A DNA stretch of 64,000 nucleotides from Mytilus californianus (lineage: Eukaryota). Position 1 is the stretch's first letter. Each line of letters begins with the position of its first letter. Where the stretch lies: contig NW_026262593.1 of the NCBI RefSeq assembly GCF_021869535.1, forward strand, positions 6,138,001 through 6,202,000, written 5' to 3'. The position numbers were made by a program, and so were the translations under genes. This document shows positions 45,551 through 59,110 of the stretch, in pieces. The notes below the pieces were generated by a model. That model was given only the letters and a program-made list of their open reading frames with translations, searched no databases and was not told the DNA's origin.

Positions 45551-48500
45551 GAAATAGCCAACCCGTATGGAATTCCAAAAAAGGTCAACAACCGTCGAAT
45601 AAAGTTACGAGTGAACACATCTTTACACAAGTTCGTCTTGTTAATGCGAAAAAAATCCACTGTGTCAAATGTGTCAATCGATTCACTAAATGCTTCCGAA
45701 ATAGACCGTTTGATGTATCAAATCGACCCCGATGATCCGATCCTATATAACCTAGTGCATGCAACGATTTTCTAGAACATTGCGGACAACGCCCAACAGA
45801 AAACAGTTAAACAAACAGATGATAATATTGATTTAATTACTCCTATTCTTGACAAGGAAAGTGCTACAGCAATAGACCAGAACACAAAAAGCGATTCATA
45901 TAGAGACAAAACTTGGAAGGCATGAACAAAAAAGCAAACAGTGAAGCTACTCTAGCCAGAGTCGGCCTTTTAAATTCCAGTGCGTATCAATGGGAATCAC
46001 ACTGATTCTAAGCCAGCAAATGAAAAACTTTACCGGTTTCAGCCGAAAATTCCAAAAACAAATATGACAGACATGAACCGACGACAACGACAAATAATGT
46101 TTTGTCAAAATTGGAAAAATCTCTTATCTAATTTTCAAATAATATAAAAAAAAACATCGTTGTTTTATGTTAAACCGCCTTCAGTTTTAAATCCAATGTT
46201 GTATAATTGATTCAAATATGAAAATTATAATTTACATTAGAATAAAGTTTCTCGATGATGACCTTACTAAATTTTCCTCAGTATATTTAAGATTATGATG
46301 GATATTTCGATCCTATTTTAAGATTCATAATATCAAGCTCTTGGACAATGTTAATGTCTCCTGCAACAAAAATAGCCATATGAATCATAAAAATAAATAG
46401 TTATCAGGCTTAAAATTAGTTACGTTTTCCGTTTACTTAGACTATTCAGTGCCTGACGCTTGAATCTTAAGCACTTAAGAGTACAAGTTTTCAAAGGTAC
46501 AGTAACTAGGAGTGTTGGTTTCAATATCGACGTTATTAAAATGTAATTCGAAAATGTCCAAGTCTTCCATTTTTAAAACTGCTTTTTTATAAATCTTTGA
46601 CCAAAATATTAGAATCTCTAAAATAATTTCCCAAAGTAATCTGAGCTTATTATTTACCTGTAGCATCAAATCCAGAAAACATATACAATATCATGTACAA
46701 TATCATCTGTTAATAATATTGAATACGGGTTGAAACATGATGCAAAATATCAATAGACCCAGAAATGAATGGCGTGTCAATCTTTATAAGTCAGAATATT
46801 TATATTTATATTTTGTTTTGTTTTGGTTTTTTGTGAGCAGAAGGTTTCCATTTGTCGCAAAACATTTAGTTTATGCGACTTTGTGGTTTTTTTTATTTGT
46901 CGCTGGAATCGGATTTCGTTTTTCATCAGATTTTCTTAAAATTTGAATGATTGTTTCCACTAATTTAAATCTCGGATGAGTTTGATAATCAGAAAAATCT
47001 TTGCTATCGGACAATTATTCAGGAGGTGGACTTATATAAATATCTGAAGTTTATTATGTAAGGGACATGGAGTATGTGAGCTTGCTACTACAGGTTCTTC
47101 TATTTCTAGAATTAAAGATGTCCATAAAAAAACGATTTGATCAGTACAATTATACTCGAAATAGCATGGCTTTTGAATTCATAAAACTGATAAAAATTAC
47201 ATTACTTTATTTGTTTCCGTGTAAAAATCTAGACAACAACTTGATTGTTCCTCATTGTCTTCCTGGTAATATTGGTACGAAAAATTATAACAATAAAAAG
47301 TGAGTAAACATTATACAAACAAGTTTTAAACCAATACGATTTTTATGATTTTTAGCTCAATTTCTTCTAAAAGTGACATTTATTGCCCGAATTTATTCAA
47401 ATATCATATCGACAATATATGCACACATTGTGGAAATATATTAGTTGCCTAGCAATGCAACAATGTGTTAAGTACGGATAACTTACCATAGTAAAAGGGA
47501 ACAGAATAAAATAAGATGGGTTTGATGAACAGTCCTCCTTCTATGAATTTCTTTAATTTGTATAGTTTGTAACTTTCATCTTAATTTTGTTAATGTTATT
47601 TTCCCATGTACTCATTCGAAGGAAAAGGTTGCTTAGCAAAAACAAAAACGGGTTACTGCAAATATTTTCAAATTGCCCTTCAGGTAGATACAAAATTTTG
47701 TTCATTGTTTCTGGAATAAGTCAATATATGTCATACAGCCAGTCAAATGAATATTGTCCGTAAATTTACAATGCGCCTTTTTCTAATCAACAAATACTTT
47801 CCTAGGTAAGAAACTGATTTTGGTGAATATTTCAGAAACCTGTGACCCTTTTTTCCTCCAAAAATTGTACTGATTTTTTCATATTTTTATTTTTTTAACT
47901 AAAATGGACAAAACAAAGACAAACAAAAGAACAACTTATATATCCTGATTTAGTAAATTCATGAGATGTGGTAGGGTTTAACCCGTGTTATGGGCGCCCA
48001 GATCTACTCATATGTCTATCTTCACCATGTGTCGCTAAGTAAATCACTGAATACAAACCTTAGTAGAACATCTATCAACAGGATGACCATCGACATGAAC
48101 GTGTCTAAAACCTCGTATGAATGTAATGTTTCGAGATGCCACAACTTCCTGGTATACTACTTTGAAACAACAATTTATCCTATTTCTTACATTAACTAAA
48201 GTGTCTATAACATTCACAACCTCTTAATATGCTCGATAACCTGGTTCAGATTTTGAACAACATTGTGCCTTACTTTTTAAATTACAGAAGATTCTAGGAT
48301 AAACATAAAAGAAAGAAACTGTAACAAAATAAAAACAACTGAACAAGTTTGAGTTTGGGGGTACGGTTCTGTAGAATATAGGTATATGTATAATTATGTT
48401 TATCATACTTCCATTTATAACTCTTAATTAGGTGTGCATGTGAAGAAATTGCAAACCCACAAATTGTTCATTGGTGCATTCGAACTCATTTATTGAGTTC

Positions 48501-49773
48501 GCAGTTTTTAGGCCGTTTCTTTCAACACTAAAATCCTTGTTCATTTATAAAATATGCATACAAAAGTTAAAGTTCACTGTGTTTCTGACTTCATAAGTAA
48601 GCACATTATCTAATGAAAGATTCATCTCTCGTCAAAAATAAAGTAAGCTTGCATACATGAAATAGAATAACCTCATACTAACGATAATGGCCGAACTAGA
48701 ACACACGATAACCTCCCATTCAACTATGGAAATTGGTCATATGAAGTCCACGAATATCACGAAAACGAGACATCATTCCATTCCTATATTACATTCATTT
48801 CGTTAACATTAAGATTTAGTCTCATTGATCTTATTTTACTTATAAATGGACTTGTGTTACTTTGAAATTATTGTTGTTACACGTTTGCAGATTATTTGAT
48901 GTTTCTGTTATGTTTGTATAATTAAGAAACTGAAAACAATACATATATATAAGAACTAATTTTGTAAAATCAACATCATTGCATTATTATATCCTTATGA
49001 ACATTTTAAAGTATATTTTAATTTTACAAGAAAAGTCATTTATGTTTCTTAGGACGTCCTTGGAGTAATTAGTCCTTATGTTATAACGTTTAAGATGTTA
49101 ATAATATATTTTTTTTAATATTTCGGATGATCTTACGCTGATCATGAAGCATTGCATATTACTTCAATTTCCCAAACAGAAACGTTCATCATGTTTGAAC
49201 ACATTTTTTTTCATCTTAAAGGGAAAATTCGTGTTTTTTTACTTGTAACCTAAATATGTTCATTATAACATACAATATATATTCGAAAAGTTTTATAGAT
49301 ATAAGTGTAGTAATACAGAAGAAATCCAATAATTATTAATTTTTCTATTGACTACTTCCTGTAGTACGTGAATAACTACTACAATTGCTTGCCGGGATTT
49401 TAAGTACAATCATTTAAAGTCTTGTTCTTTTAATCATATTTCAACGTAATCATAAGCGCGCCGATGACTAATTAATAGCTAATTACCATCCAATGATAAG
49501 AAAATAAAACGACAGACATAAAAAATTTTTTACATTCCCTCATGAGTTTTGTGTTTACCGTATACAATTCGATTCTTGATATATTTGCAGCGCAAAAAGT
49601 CAACCTTCTAATTTGTTTTGTTTTAATGTTTTCTTTTTCCCTGACTGATATGGTGAACAAATTAAAGAATATAACTTAATCTGTAAGGACAATTAGTGCA
49701 CGTTTGTTGACCTTTAAATTCAGGCAAACTTATTTGCGATGTGTGTATTATTCTTGCCCAATACCCGTAAAAG

Positions 49774-50310
49774 TATAAAAAGAAGATGTGGTATGATTGC
49801 CAACTCTTCACAAAAGAACAAATGACATAGAAATTAACAACTATAGGTCACCGTACGACCTTCAACAATGAGCAAATCCCATACCGCATAGTCAACTAGA
49901 AAAGGCCCCGAAATGACAAATGTAAAACAATTCAAACGAGAAAACTAACGGCCTAATTTATGTAAAAAATAATGAACGAAAAAAACAAATATGTAACAAA
50001 GCAACAAACGAAAACCACTGAATTACAGGTTCCTGACTTGGGACAGGCACATACAGAATGTGGCGGGGTTAAACTAGTTTGAAGGCGCCAACCCTCCTCC
50101 TAACCTGGGACAGTGGTGTAACAGTACAACATAAGAACAAACTATAAAAATCAGTGGAAAAAGGCTTGACTCATCAGATGGATACAAATAGAAATACATC
50201 CAACAAAAACACAAAGTGGACGTGGACGGGTATTTGTACATCCCAACAACAAAAAGACACTTAGCACTGATCTGAGAGTACTCGCAGTTACTGACAGCTA
50301 GTTCAAAGCC
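49774..50310 (+). repeat. Abundant interspersed repeat (terminal motif gatgtggtatga.tgccaatgagacaactctcca), long copy
   Basis: Same family at 21500-21665, 26381-26654, 41613-42070, 55727-55860 (+) and 31027-31108, 31588-31992, 59474-59797 (-). Confidence 0.75.
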
Positions 50311-51653
50311 GATGGCTTGTTAAAATCAAGGTAATTCACAGATCGGCATTTAGCCGGGCCACTAGGACACACCGTGCCAGGTATGAATGTCATTTCGAAT
50401 GGATACAAGACAGAAGGTCGAATTTGGTACACAAAATTAAAACATATATTCAAGGTGGCGGCAACTACAAATGGATCGCCGTGGAATCTTTCATTATATT
50501 TTGGGTTACGTCCGTTGGAACTAAATCATGATATTAAACATGTATTTCACACATGTAGGATGAATAAATCCGATGTTATAAAAATGATAAATAATGTTAA
50601 TATTAAATCTAAAGAAATAGTAATTAAAATCAAAATGACATTTTTGTTTTTATTTGATCACTTTAAAATCTAGGAAACTAATAATCAAGTGTTATAAAAG
50701 AGTATAAACGCTTATCATTGACTCATTAAAAAGAAAAAGAAAAACGTAATTTTATAAAATTGGTTTTGATTTACCTCACGGTTAAAAAATGTACGGGCAC
50801 ACTCAAATCTAAATATTTGAAAGCTCGGGATGTGTTAATTTAATCAATATCGGAAACCATTTAAGGTCAACTTTGTCTATGTAGAATGGAACCGAGAAAA
50901 TACATAGATCGCCATGGAATATTTTAAATACTTTGCCACAATATAAATATTCACATATATGTATAAAGCCTCGTCCACATGGTGAAAATGTACACTAGAA
51001 AGTAAATCTAAACAAACTTTCACAAAAATCAGTCAACACCGAAACAAGTTTTAAATAATAAACGGGTGCTCTTTTGGTAAAACATGGCTGTACCTACCAG
51101 TTCTTCATGCTACTTCAGCTGACGATCTTCCATTTTTTTATGCTCCAATACTGTAAAATATTCATTGTTAAAGGAAAAATAAACATTGTAACTGTATTAC
51201 AATCAAAATCAAAATGAGGAGTTTACTTTTGTAATAGAAAAGGGAAGTTGTCATGATTTGAAGGGCTTAGATTTGATATTTATTTAATGCTTAGTCTCGA
51301 ATATATATAGAAAATAAAACTGTTGAGTGGGGTGTTATTATAAATGCTTTAAGTTCGGCTGGAATATTTTAATCATTTATTATTCAGTGTAAGAACACGT
51401 TTGTGATTTGCATTAGAATGACAGACTGAACTAATCGGATTTTCAATGTACTGTGTATCTTACAAGGTAACTGTCTTTTGCAAGACTTGTAATTCACATT
51501 CTTCAATTGGACACATTATTCCAACACTTAACAGACAAGATTACTCCTTAATATCGGATAGAGTACTTAGCGGACAAGCAGTATTTTCAAATTTCTGTGA
51601 TTTAATACTAAGTAATAAAAAAACACCGACATTAATTTGATATTCATGTTTCC

Positions 51654-51800
51654 TACATGTGTATTACCTGTATATGCGAAGGTACCATCCCATGTCGTTT
51701 CACGTAAAGGTTCAGATTAAAATCACTTTTAAATAAATATGATCCTATATGTGAGACGTCATGGGACGGTACCTTAGCATATACAGGTGAAATACATGTA
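51654..51800. mobile_element. 147-bp fold-back MITE-like element
   Basis: About 50-bp imperfect inverted arms (tacatgt...aaggtacc.tcccatg..gt.tcac and its reverse complement) around a ~45-bp loop. Confidence 0.65.
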
Positions 51801-54084
51801 GCCCTGTAATACCCGAAAATGTCAAAGTAAATCACTGCCTATACAAAATGTACACTATCAAAGAAATTATAACGATTGTAAAGCATACCCATTCATGTTT
51901 TCAAAGGGGTCCTGGATGGGGGGAATTAAATTGTGGATACACAATCATTTTCTTTTCATCATTAATCACTTAACTAAAAATATTCATAAATCAGCAGTTC
52001 TCGTCTGTTACTTTCGTTAAAAGCGAGTTATTGTTTAAATCTCCTTTTATTAAATTGATCCTACAATCAAATAATTTATACCCCCCCCTTTTTCCCTGAA
52101 AAAAAAGACATGAACGATAAGTCATATCATATCCTAATATTTAAATATTTCATTGTCGTTAAGCAGAGATATATAATTAATATCTCTGCGTTAAACGTTA
52201 AAATGACAAGATAATAAACTTGAAATAGAGTTATGGTGTGAACAATGCAATTGCGCCACATACACATTTTATAGGAAGTTGAATAACCCATACTAATCAC
52301 AGCTGACATGCTCCGTCTGTCATTTCAACCAAGAACGACAATTATATATGAAATGCTATAGTTGGTGGGACTTTATTTTCTACCAGATGTGTGACTTTAA
52401 TCATATATTCCAAATGTGTGTCTTTTTCCACTACAAAATTGAGAATTTTTCCTTTTACCCGTTCCTTATATGTTCAGAAATACGCTAAATGTATGCACTT
52501 TATAATGATTCTTTTCTCTTATCTCTTCCTTTTGTTAAGCACAATATCAGGACTGGTTTATCAATTAACTTATATAGGTAAACATGAAAAAGACGTCCAT
52601 CACCGCTTTAGCGGATGAGACGTTAGATAAACAACTGTCAGTCTATCCGAACTGAATTTTCTCTATTTCTTCAAATAGGATTTTGGGGGATCAATAGCGT
52701 ATATCATCATTGCAACAATCATAGTACCTTGATATCCCCGAGTTAGGAATACAACAGCAGGTGTGATATGATTGACCTACATTAGGGAAAACCAATCATG
52801 CGATATGTTAGCCTTTGATTATTAATTGACAGGTGTTTTAACCTGATTTAAACCATCCAGATAGGGGAACAAAAAATGCAAGCAAGTTAGAAAATCATGG
52901 AACAAGATTCGCTTTTTATTACAGTTCAATTTTTCAACACAACTATACATTTTAAGTCATCAAACACATTTGTTCATGTTTTACGAATAAAGATTTATTA
53001 ACATATTGTCATTCCAAACGCAGACTAAAAATAGCATAAAGACTAAAGATTAGTATAGCAAAATATTACTACACATCCTTGTTTAGAGGGGAAAGAGAAT
53101 ATTATAGACTAAAAACCCCGTTAAATGTCTGTCATCGCGAAGGAAAATGTTAAATCATGTTCAACCCATCATTATTTTTTAAAATGTTCTGTACCAAGTC
53201 AGGAATATGTCAGTTGTTATCAAATAGTTCGTTTCTATGTATGTTGGCGTTTGTTTTTGTTGCACTTCAGTGTTCCTGTTGTTCCTTTGTTTTCCTCTTA
53301 TAGTTGATGTGTTTCCCTCGGTTTTAGTTTGTAACCCGGATTTGTTTCCTCTCAATCGATTTATGACTTTTGAACACCAGTATACTACTGTTGCCTTTAT
53401 TAAGGTGACTTGTCTTGATCCTTTTTTGGTCAATCACCGATTTCTTGAATTAAAATCGATGTCAATTATGGAATGGAGGAATCCGTTCTAACTATTACCG
53501 ATACTGATTGACCACCAATTGTATGTCATACTGGTTTTGGGAGTTTGTGGTAATAAGATTTAAAGTGATTATTGGAAACCGAGATGCCGTCAAGGTGTTG
53601 AATCGGTAGTCAGATTAAATAAAATTTTGCGCACTTATCCAGTGGAATTAAACATTAATATCATTGAATTTATGTTTGTTTATACAAAAGGAACACAATT
53701 TCAATTTTTCATTTATTTTATTTTGGCGAATTTTCCCGTTAAAAGGTCATTTATGTTACAATACATGTAATTTATATTATTTTTTGTTCCTTTTTTTTTC
53801 CCAATTTTATTTTTTTATAGTGAATTTATTAAATACAATCTGTCTCAGATATAATCCCGAATAATATTTACTTGATGGGATATTTTAAAAAAGATAAAGG
53901 TTGATGCGCGGAATCAGATTAAAGAGAAGAATATCAAAACGATGTTTTGCTTAGAATCTGACTAATAGATATAAATGAAAAATTCACGATAGAAGAACTT
54001 GGAAAATATAAACATAATTTTAAACACGTTAATTGGATGAACTTGCTTTATTTTTAAACTTTACAAAATCTTAGTTCAATAATA

Positions 54085-54700
54085 AAGATACCATGCTTAT
54101 AATTTGGTAGACAAGACGAGCGTTTAGTCTACAAAACAGTCATCAGTGGCGCTCGAATCAAAACAGTCGAGATACCAATCAAATACAAAAGTGAAAAGCA
54201 CAAAACAAAGTTGTGTAAAAAAATACCAAAATATGCCTAGGGAAAATACACTTTAGAATTTAGAATAATTCAACATTTAATCAACAGTAAATTTACAGAA
54301 AATGCACATATCAATTATGTTGCATTTCAACACAAAGTGCAAAAACTAGGCTGCGATACCCTCGAGGACAAAACGTCTACAGTAGTGATGTCGACCTATT
54401 GGTTGTGTCACATATGACTGGCTTATAATTTTTCACGCCAGACACGGCAGTTCGACAGCACATTTTTATCAGACTCATCAGTGGGTCCTGAATCAAAATT
54501 GTTGTAAGGCTCATTCAAATACGAAGTCGAGGAGCAATAAAAACTGATCATTTAGAAAAGTTGTGCCAAGTACGTCTAAAGTAATCTATGATTTGGGGTA
54601 GAAAAATCTTATAATATCGAATAATTCAACATTTTATAAATAGTAGATTACTCAGTGATGTTTTAGGTCAACAAAAAAGTGCTGACTTGTGGACTGAACA
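54085..54700 (-). mobile_element. Decayed tandem retrozyme-family units with two dead hammerhead remnants (54108-54152, 54435-54485)
   Basis: CUGAUGA cores about 330 bp apart on the - strand; spacer resembles the unit at 58470-58800. Confidence 0.55.
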
Positions 54701-54849
54701 AACCGTTGGATATAAAAACTCACCAAATATACCAGGCTAGTAATGTACAAAGGTGTTTATTTTGATGATACTCTAATTAGCCAAGCTCAAACAAATATAA
54801 ATTATTTAAGAAATAAAACAACACATGCATAGGATAAGTATGCCTACAG

Positions 54850-55506
54850 GTTTGGTATTATATTAATAGTTAAGATCAATTTTGTTACATCTGGTGATCC
54901 GTTTATTTGGCAATCACCAATGGCAGTCAGCACGGTTTAAGAACATCCGTTGTTCGACCTGTTAGTCAAATGCGTTTTGTTAAAATATACTTTTTCACTT
55001 TTTTGGTCTTTTGGAAAATGTTGTTTGTGCTGTATTTAGACCCATCTACCGAGAAATTTGGTTTGAGCTTGTATTATATTTGCCTTCGGGTTTATATGAT
55101 CCGTTCGTCCTATTTCGATTCCTCAAAATTCAAGAGTCTATCCTTAATTGAGGTAAATTATATGGCCTTCCAAATACCGTTTCGATTCATAACATCACTG
55201 AAGAGACATTAATTGTCGAAATCCAGATATGGTGTACTAATTTTTGCACCTTTTGTTTGCGGTATACCATCTTTTCCGCAAGTTTATTGTTTTCTGTTTG
55301 GTATTAAATTAATAGTTAAGATCCATTTTGTTACATCTGGTGATCCGTTTATTTGGCAATCGCCAATGGCAGTCAGCAGGGTTTAAGAACATCCGTTGTT
55401 CGACCTGCTAGTCAAATGCGTTTTGTTAAAATATACTTTTTCACTTTTTTGGTCTTTTGGAAAATGTTGTTTGTGCTGTATTTAGACCCCTCTACCAAGA
55501 AATTTG
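54850..55506 (+). repeat. 211-bp direct repeats (54850-55060, 55296-55506), period 446, flanking a hammerhead
   Basis: Near-identical blocks starting gtttggtatta and ending aaatttg; they yield twin track ORFs 54907 and 55353. Confidence 0.9.
55192..55235 (+). ncRNA. Type I hammerhead ribozyme, intact core
   Basis: ACAUCA CUGAAGA GAC AUUAAUU GUC GAAA U CCAG AUA^ UGGUGU; 6-bp helix I, 3-bp helix II. Confidence 0.7.
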
Positions 55507-56322
55507 TTTTTGCATGCACACGTATAAAAAATGCGGTGTTTATCCAACGCAATCATGGGTTTGAACGTTGTTTTTAATTTAGACTTATATATATTACAAT
55601 TGATATTCTTCTAATGTCACTTCACTAAACTCAGGCATGCACTACCAAATCCAGGCATATCAAGCATATACGCAAAAAAAAACTATAAAATATGAATACT
55701 ACTATTAATATATTATATATATAAATAAGATGTGGTATGAGTGCCAATGAGACAACTCTCCATCCAGGTCACAATATATAAAAAGTTAACAATTATAGAT
55801 CAAAGTACGACCTTCAACACGGAGCCTTGGTTAACACCGAACAAAAATCAACTAAAAAGGGTAAAGCATAACTACTACTACATAAACTGATTGGCAAACT
55901 TCGAATAACTAAAAATGCTTCGACAAACCCCTTAATTAATACTCATATAGCTATATGAACTTATTTCCTTTCAGAATGATAGGGTTTAAAAAAAACCCGG
56001 ATTCCAAGTTTCAATGAAATGTGCTTCAAGGCATAAAATAATGACGTGTTTATTTAGCTGATTAAATGCTAAATACTGTTTATTAAAATATCTTATTCAT
56101 TTTGATAGTAATGTCACAGGATAAATTACTACTTGGGTTCTAAATGGGGCGTTTATATTGTGAAAAAAATATGCTGCAAACCAACTTTTATTCACACTGA
56201 AATCACATAATACAGTTATTTTAAATTTTATATAAAGATTTTCTTGGAATTTGAACTGTGAATTGCTTATGAAAAACATGCATTATAAGACCGACAACAA
56301 TGAATGTGTTAATCTGATAATG

Positions 56323-56632
56323 GGGAAAAGTAAAATAACAAAAATACCGAACTCCAAGGGAAATTCAAAACGGAAAGTCCTTTATAAAATGGCAAAATCG
56401 AAAGCTCAAACGTATCAAACGAATGGAAAACAACTGTCACATTCCTGACTTGGTACAGGCATTTCCTGATGTAGAAAATGGTGGATCAAATCTGGTTTTA
56501 TAGCTAGCTAAACCTCTCACTTGTATGACCGTCGCATGTAATTCTATTATATTAATAACAATGTTCTCGAGAGCAAAACAAACAGACATAATAGGTAAAA
56601 ATGTCAACTATTGGGGTACAGCAGTCAACATT
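56323..56632 (+). repeat. Interspersed repeat (aaaataccgaactccaag...); second copy at 59220-59845 is interrupted by an insertion
   Basis: Clear pairwise similarity between the two copies. Confidence 0.7.
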
Positions 56633-58469
56633 GAAAAGGCTATAGATCTACAGCTGTGTGACATGCGTACTGAAGTGTGAAAACTCGCATGCACTTTAGC
56701 GAGAGACATCATCGTACTTTAGCGTAGACCATCGCACTTTAGCGTGACCATCGTACTTTAGAGATCTTAACATCGCAATTTTGAGTTCTACATATATATA
56801 GTATCAGAAAATGTGGCGGGGTTGCATGCATTGATTCGTGCAGAATATTATTGACTAAATTGTTTTTTTCTGACTGTCCTTCAATCAATGAATGAATTAA
56901 TGAACGACTGAATGAATTTGTAAATGATGGTGAATAAGGTAATCACAGCATATAGTATAACATAGTATAATAGATGTACTCTTATGATAAATCGTTACGG
57001 TGACACATTCTCGGCAAATGGAGAAATTTTCTTCCCTGAAATTTCATCTCCTAAACACGACAGGTCTAAAGGAAACATAATAACTTCAAATAATTATTTA
57101 GATTTTTGGTGCGCTCTATGGGTTTGTAACTATGAACATATTTTTCTATAAATACAAGATGTAGCGATATGATCGAAATGTATATTTTTCTCTTTAATAT
57201 ATAGTTTATGACATAATTAATCGTTTAAAAGCTTTTTGAACTAAATATAACATTCATGCACTTTCCGAGTTTGTATAGTATGAAGCTCAATTCTTTTTGA
57301 TGTGACATCAATAATATAATATATAATAATTTTGTATGAGTTGATATTCATGTATATGTAAAGAAGTAATTTTTATCACTAGAAAGATAGAATATGCATA
57401 GTGAAGTTTACCTCGTCTACATAAACTATTAAAATGCCCTTTAAATACTATCACCCTATTTTGGTGTTCCTGATGACGGTTAAAATAGAATAGTGTTTTA
57501 TTTTTCTTCTTTTAAACAGGAAATGAACATGTTAAAAAGGACGACCTGTTAATATATTGCAAATAAATAAGTGAAGCATGAAGAAAGATGCACTTTTATT
57601 TATAAATACTTAATGTAATGTTTACCAGGATATGGAAAAACACACATATTTATATAGGTGATATATTGATATATAAACGAAGCATGAAATAACCAGGTAA
57701 AATGTAACACTTATTCTAAAGTACAAGATCTGCAAGATGCTTTTTTGTGAAATATATAGATTAGGTAGGGACCATGTGTTTACAAATGATGTTCGGGATA
57801 ACACATAAGTACAGAACAGACCAATTTGATATGAAGGTACAGGTAGGGAAATCCTAATTTTACGCTTTTTCGACAATCTGCCAATAATAACTGTTGTGGA
57901 TTTACTTATATGATCATGTGTACCACATTTTGTAGATGACGGGAAAAAAGTTATTTCGTAGATCATTGATTTTGTGCTCTTGACAAATTCTGCACACGTG
58001 TCAATTTTGAGTAATCTTTATACACGGTCTCAACAAACATTCGGACCACGTTAAGGATAATAAAGCCACAAGATACTTTTCAGGCAGCCATTTTTGATGT
58101 ATATGTATATGTAGATTTGGGTTTTGTTATTCATTTAAAGATGCTGAAAAAAAATGACCATAAAAACTCTTTTTATCCATATACAGACAACGTTCTTGTT
58201 CCTAAATATTCGCATTTCAAGGATAGATGTGTCGGTGACTAAAACACGTATGAAACCCACTTTTATGATCCCAGTTATCTGGTAATGTGAGTAAAACTAT
58301 GTCCCATTGTTAGCAACATATCTATGTGGAGAAATATCGTTTCGCTTTCTATTCGGTGATAGAATTTAATCTAAATTTAGTAATTAATTAGAAGGGAATT
58401 ATTACACAGGTGTCATTGCTAATGAACTAGATGGCGGAAACATCGCGACTAAAGGCTAGTATGGAATAA

Positions 58470-59110
58470 ATTACCTTAGCTGGTAAAATCTTTCGGGATT
58501 TTTGGTCCTCAGTGTACTTGAACATAGTACTTTATTTGGTCTCTTAACTTTTTTAATTCGATCGTCACTGGTGCGTCTTTTGTAGACAAAACGCGCGTCT
58601 GGCGTACAAAATTATAAGCCTGGTATCTTTGATGAGTTATTTTTACAACTGCTGGGTCGATGGCACTGCTTGTAGAGGTTTCCTCCCCGAGGGTAACGCC
58701 AGCCCATTAGTCAGCACTTATGTGTTGACATTACTGATCATTGATATGGTAATGTCAATAAATTAACTTTTTAAAAAACTTTGAATTGATCGAACGACTA
58801 AGGATTTTTAGCCTAGGAATAGATTACCTTAGCTGAACGACTAAGGATTTTTAGCCTAGCAATAGATTACCTTAGCTGAACGACTAAGGATTTTTAGCCT
58901 AGGAATAGATTACCTTAACTGAACGACTAAGGATTTTTAGCCTTAGAATAGATTACCTTAGCTGAACGACTAAGGATTTTTAGCCTAGGAATAGATTACC
59001 TTAGCTGTATTTGGCAAACACTTTCGGAATATTTTGTCCCCAGTGTTCACCAACTTCATATTTTATTTGGCCATGTAAAAATTGTAAAACCTGGTATATT
59101 TGATGTGTTT
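58470..59110 (+). mobile_element. Decayed retrozyme-family dimer with a dead hammerhead (58563-58605)
   Basis: cgtca ctggtgc gtc ttttgta gac aaaa c gcgc gtc tggcgta; flanks match the 43335-43560 and 62520-62600 family. Confidence 0.65.
58792..59006 (+). repeat. 5 x 43-bp tandem repeat inside the retrozyme-family unit
   Basis: gaacgactaaggatttttagcctaggaatagattaccttagct at 58792, 58835, 58878, 58921, 58964. Confidence 0.93.

Noticed and set aside
50169-50180. CUGAUGAG on the minus strand within the interspersed repeat
   Set aside because: No downstream GAAA or pairing helices.
54907-55577. Twin ORFs MAITNGSQ.../MAIANGSQ...
   Set aside because: They start at TTG in the 211-bp direct repeats and show no recognisable protein features.
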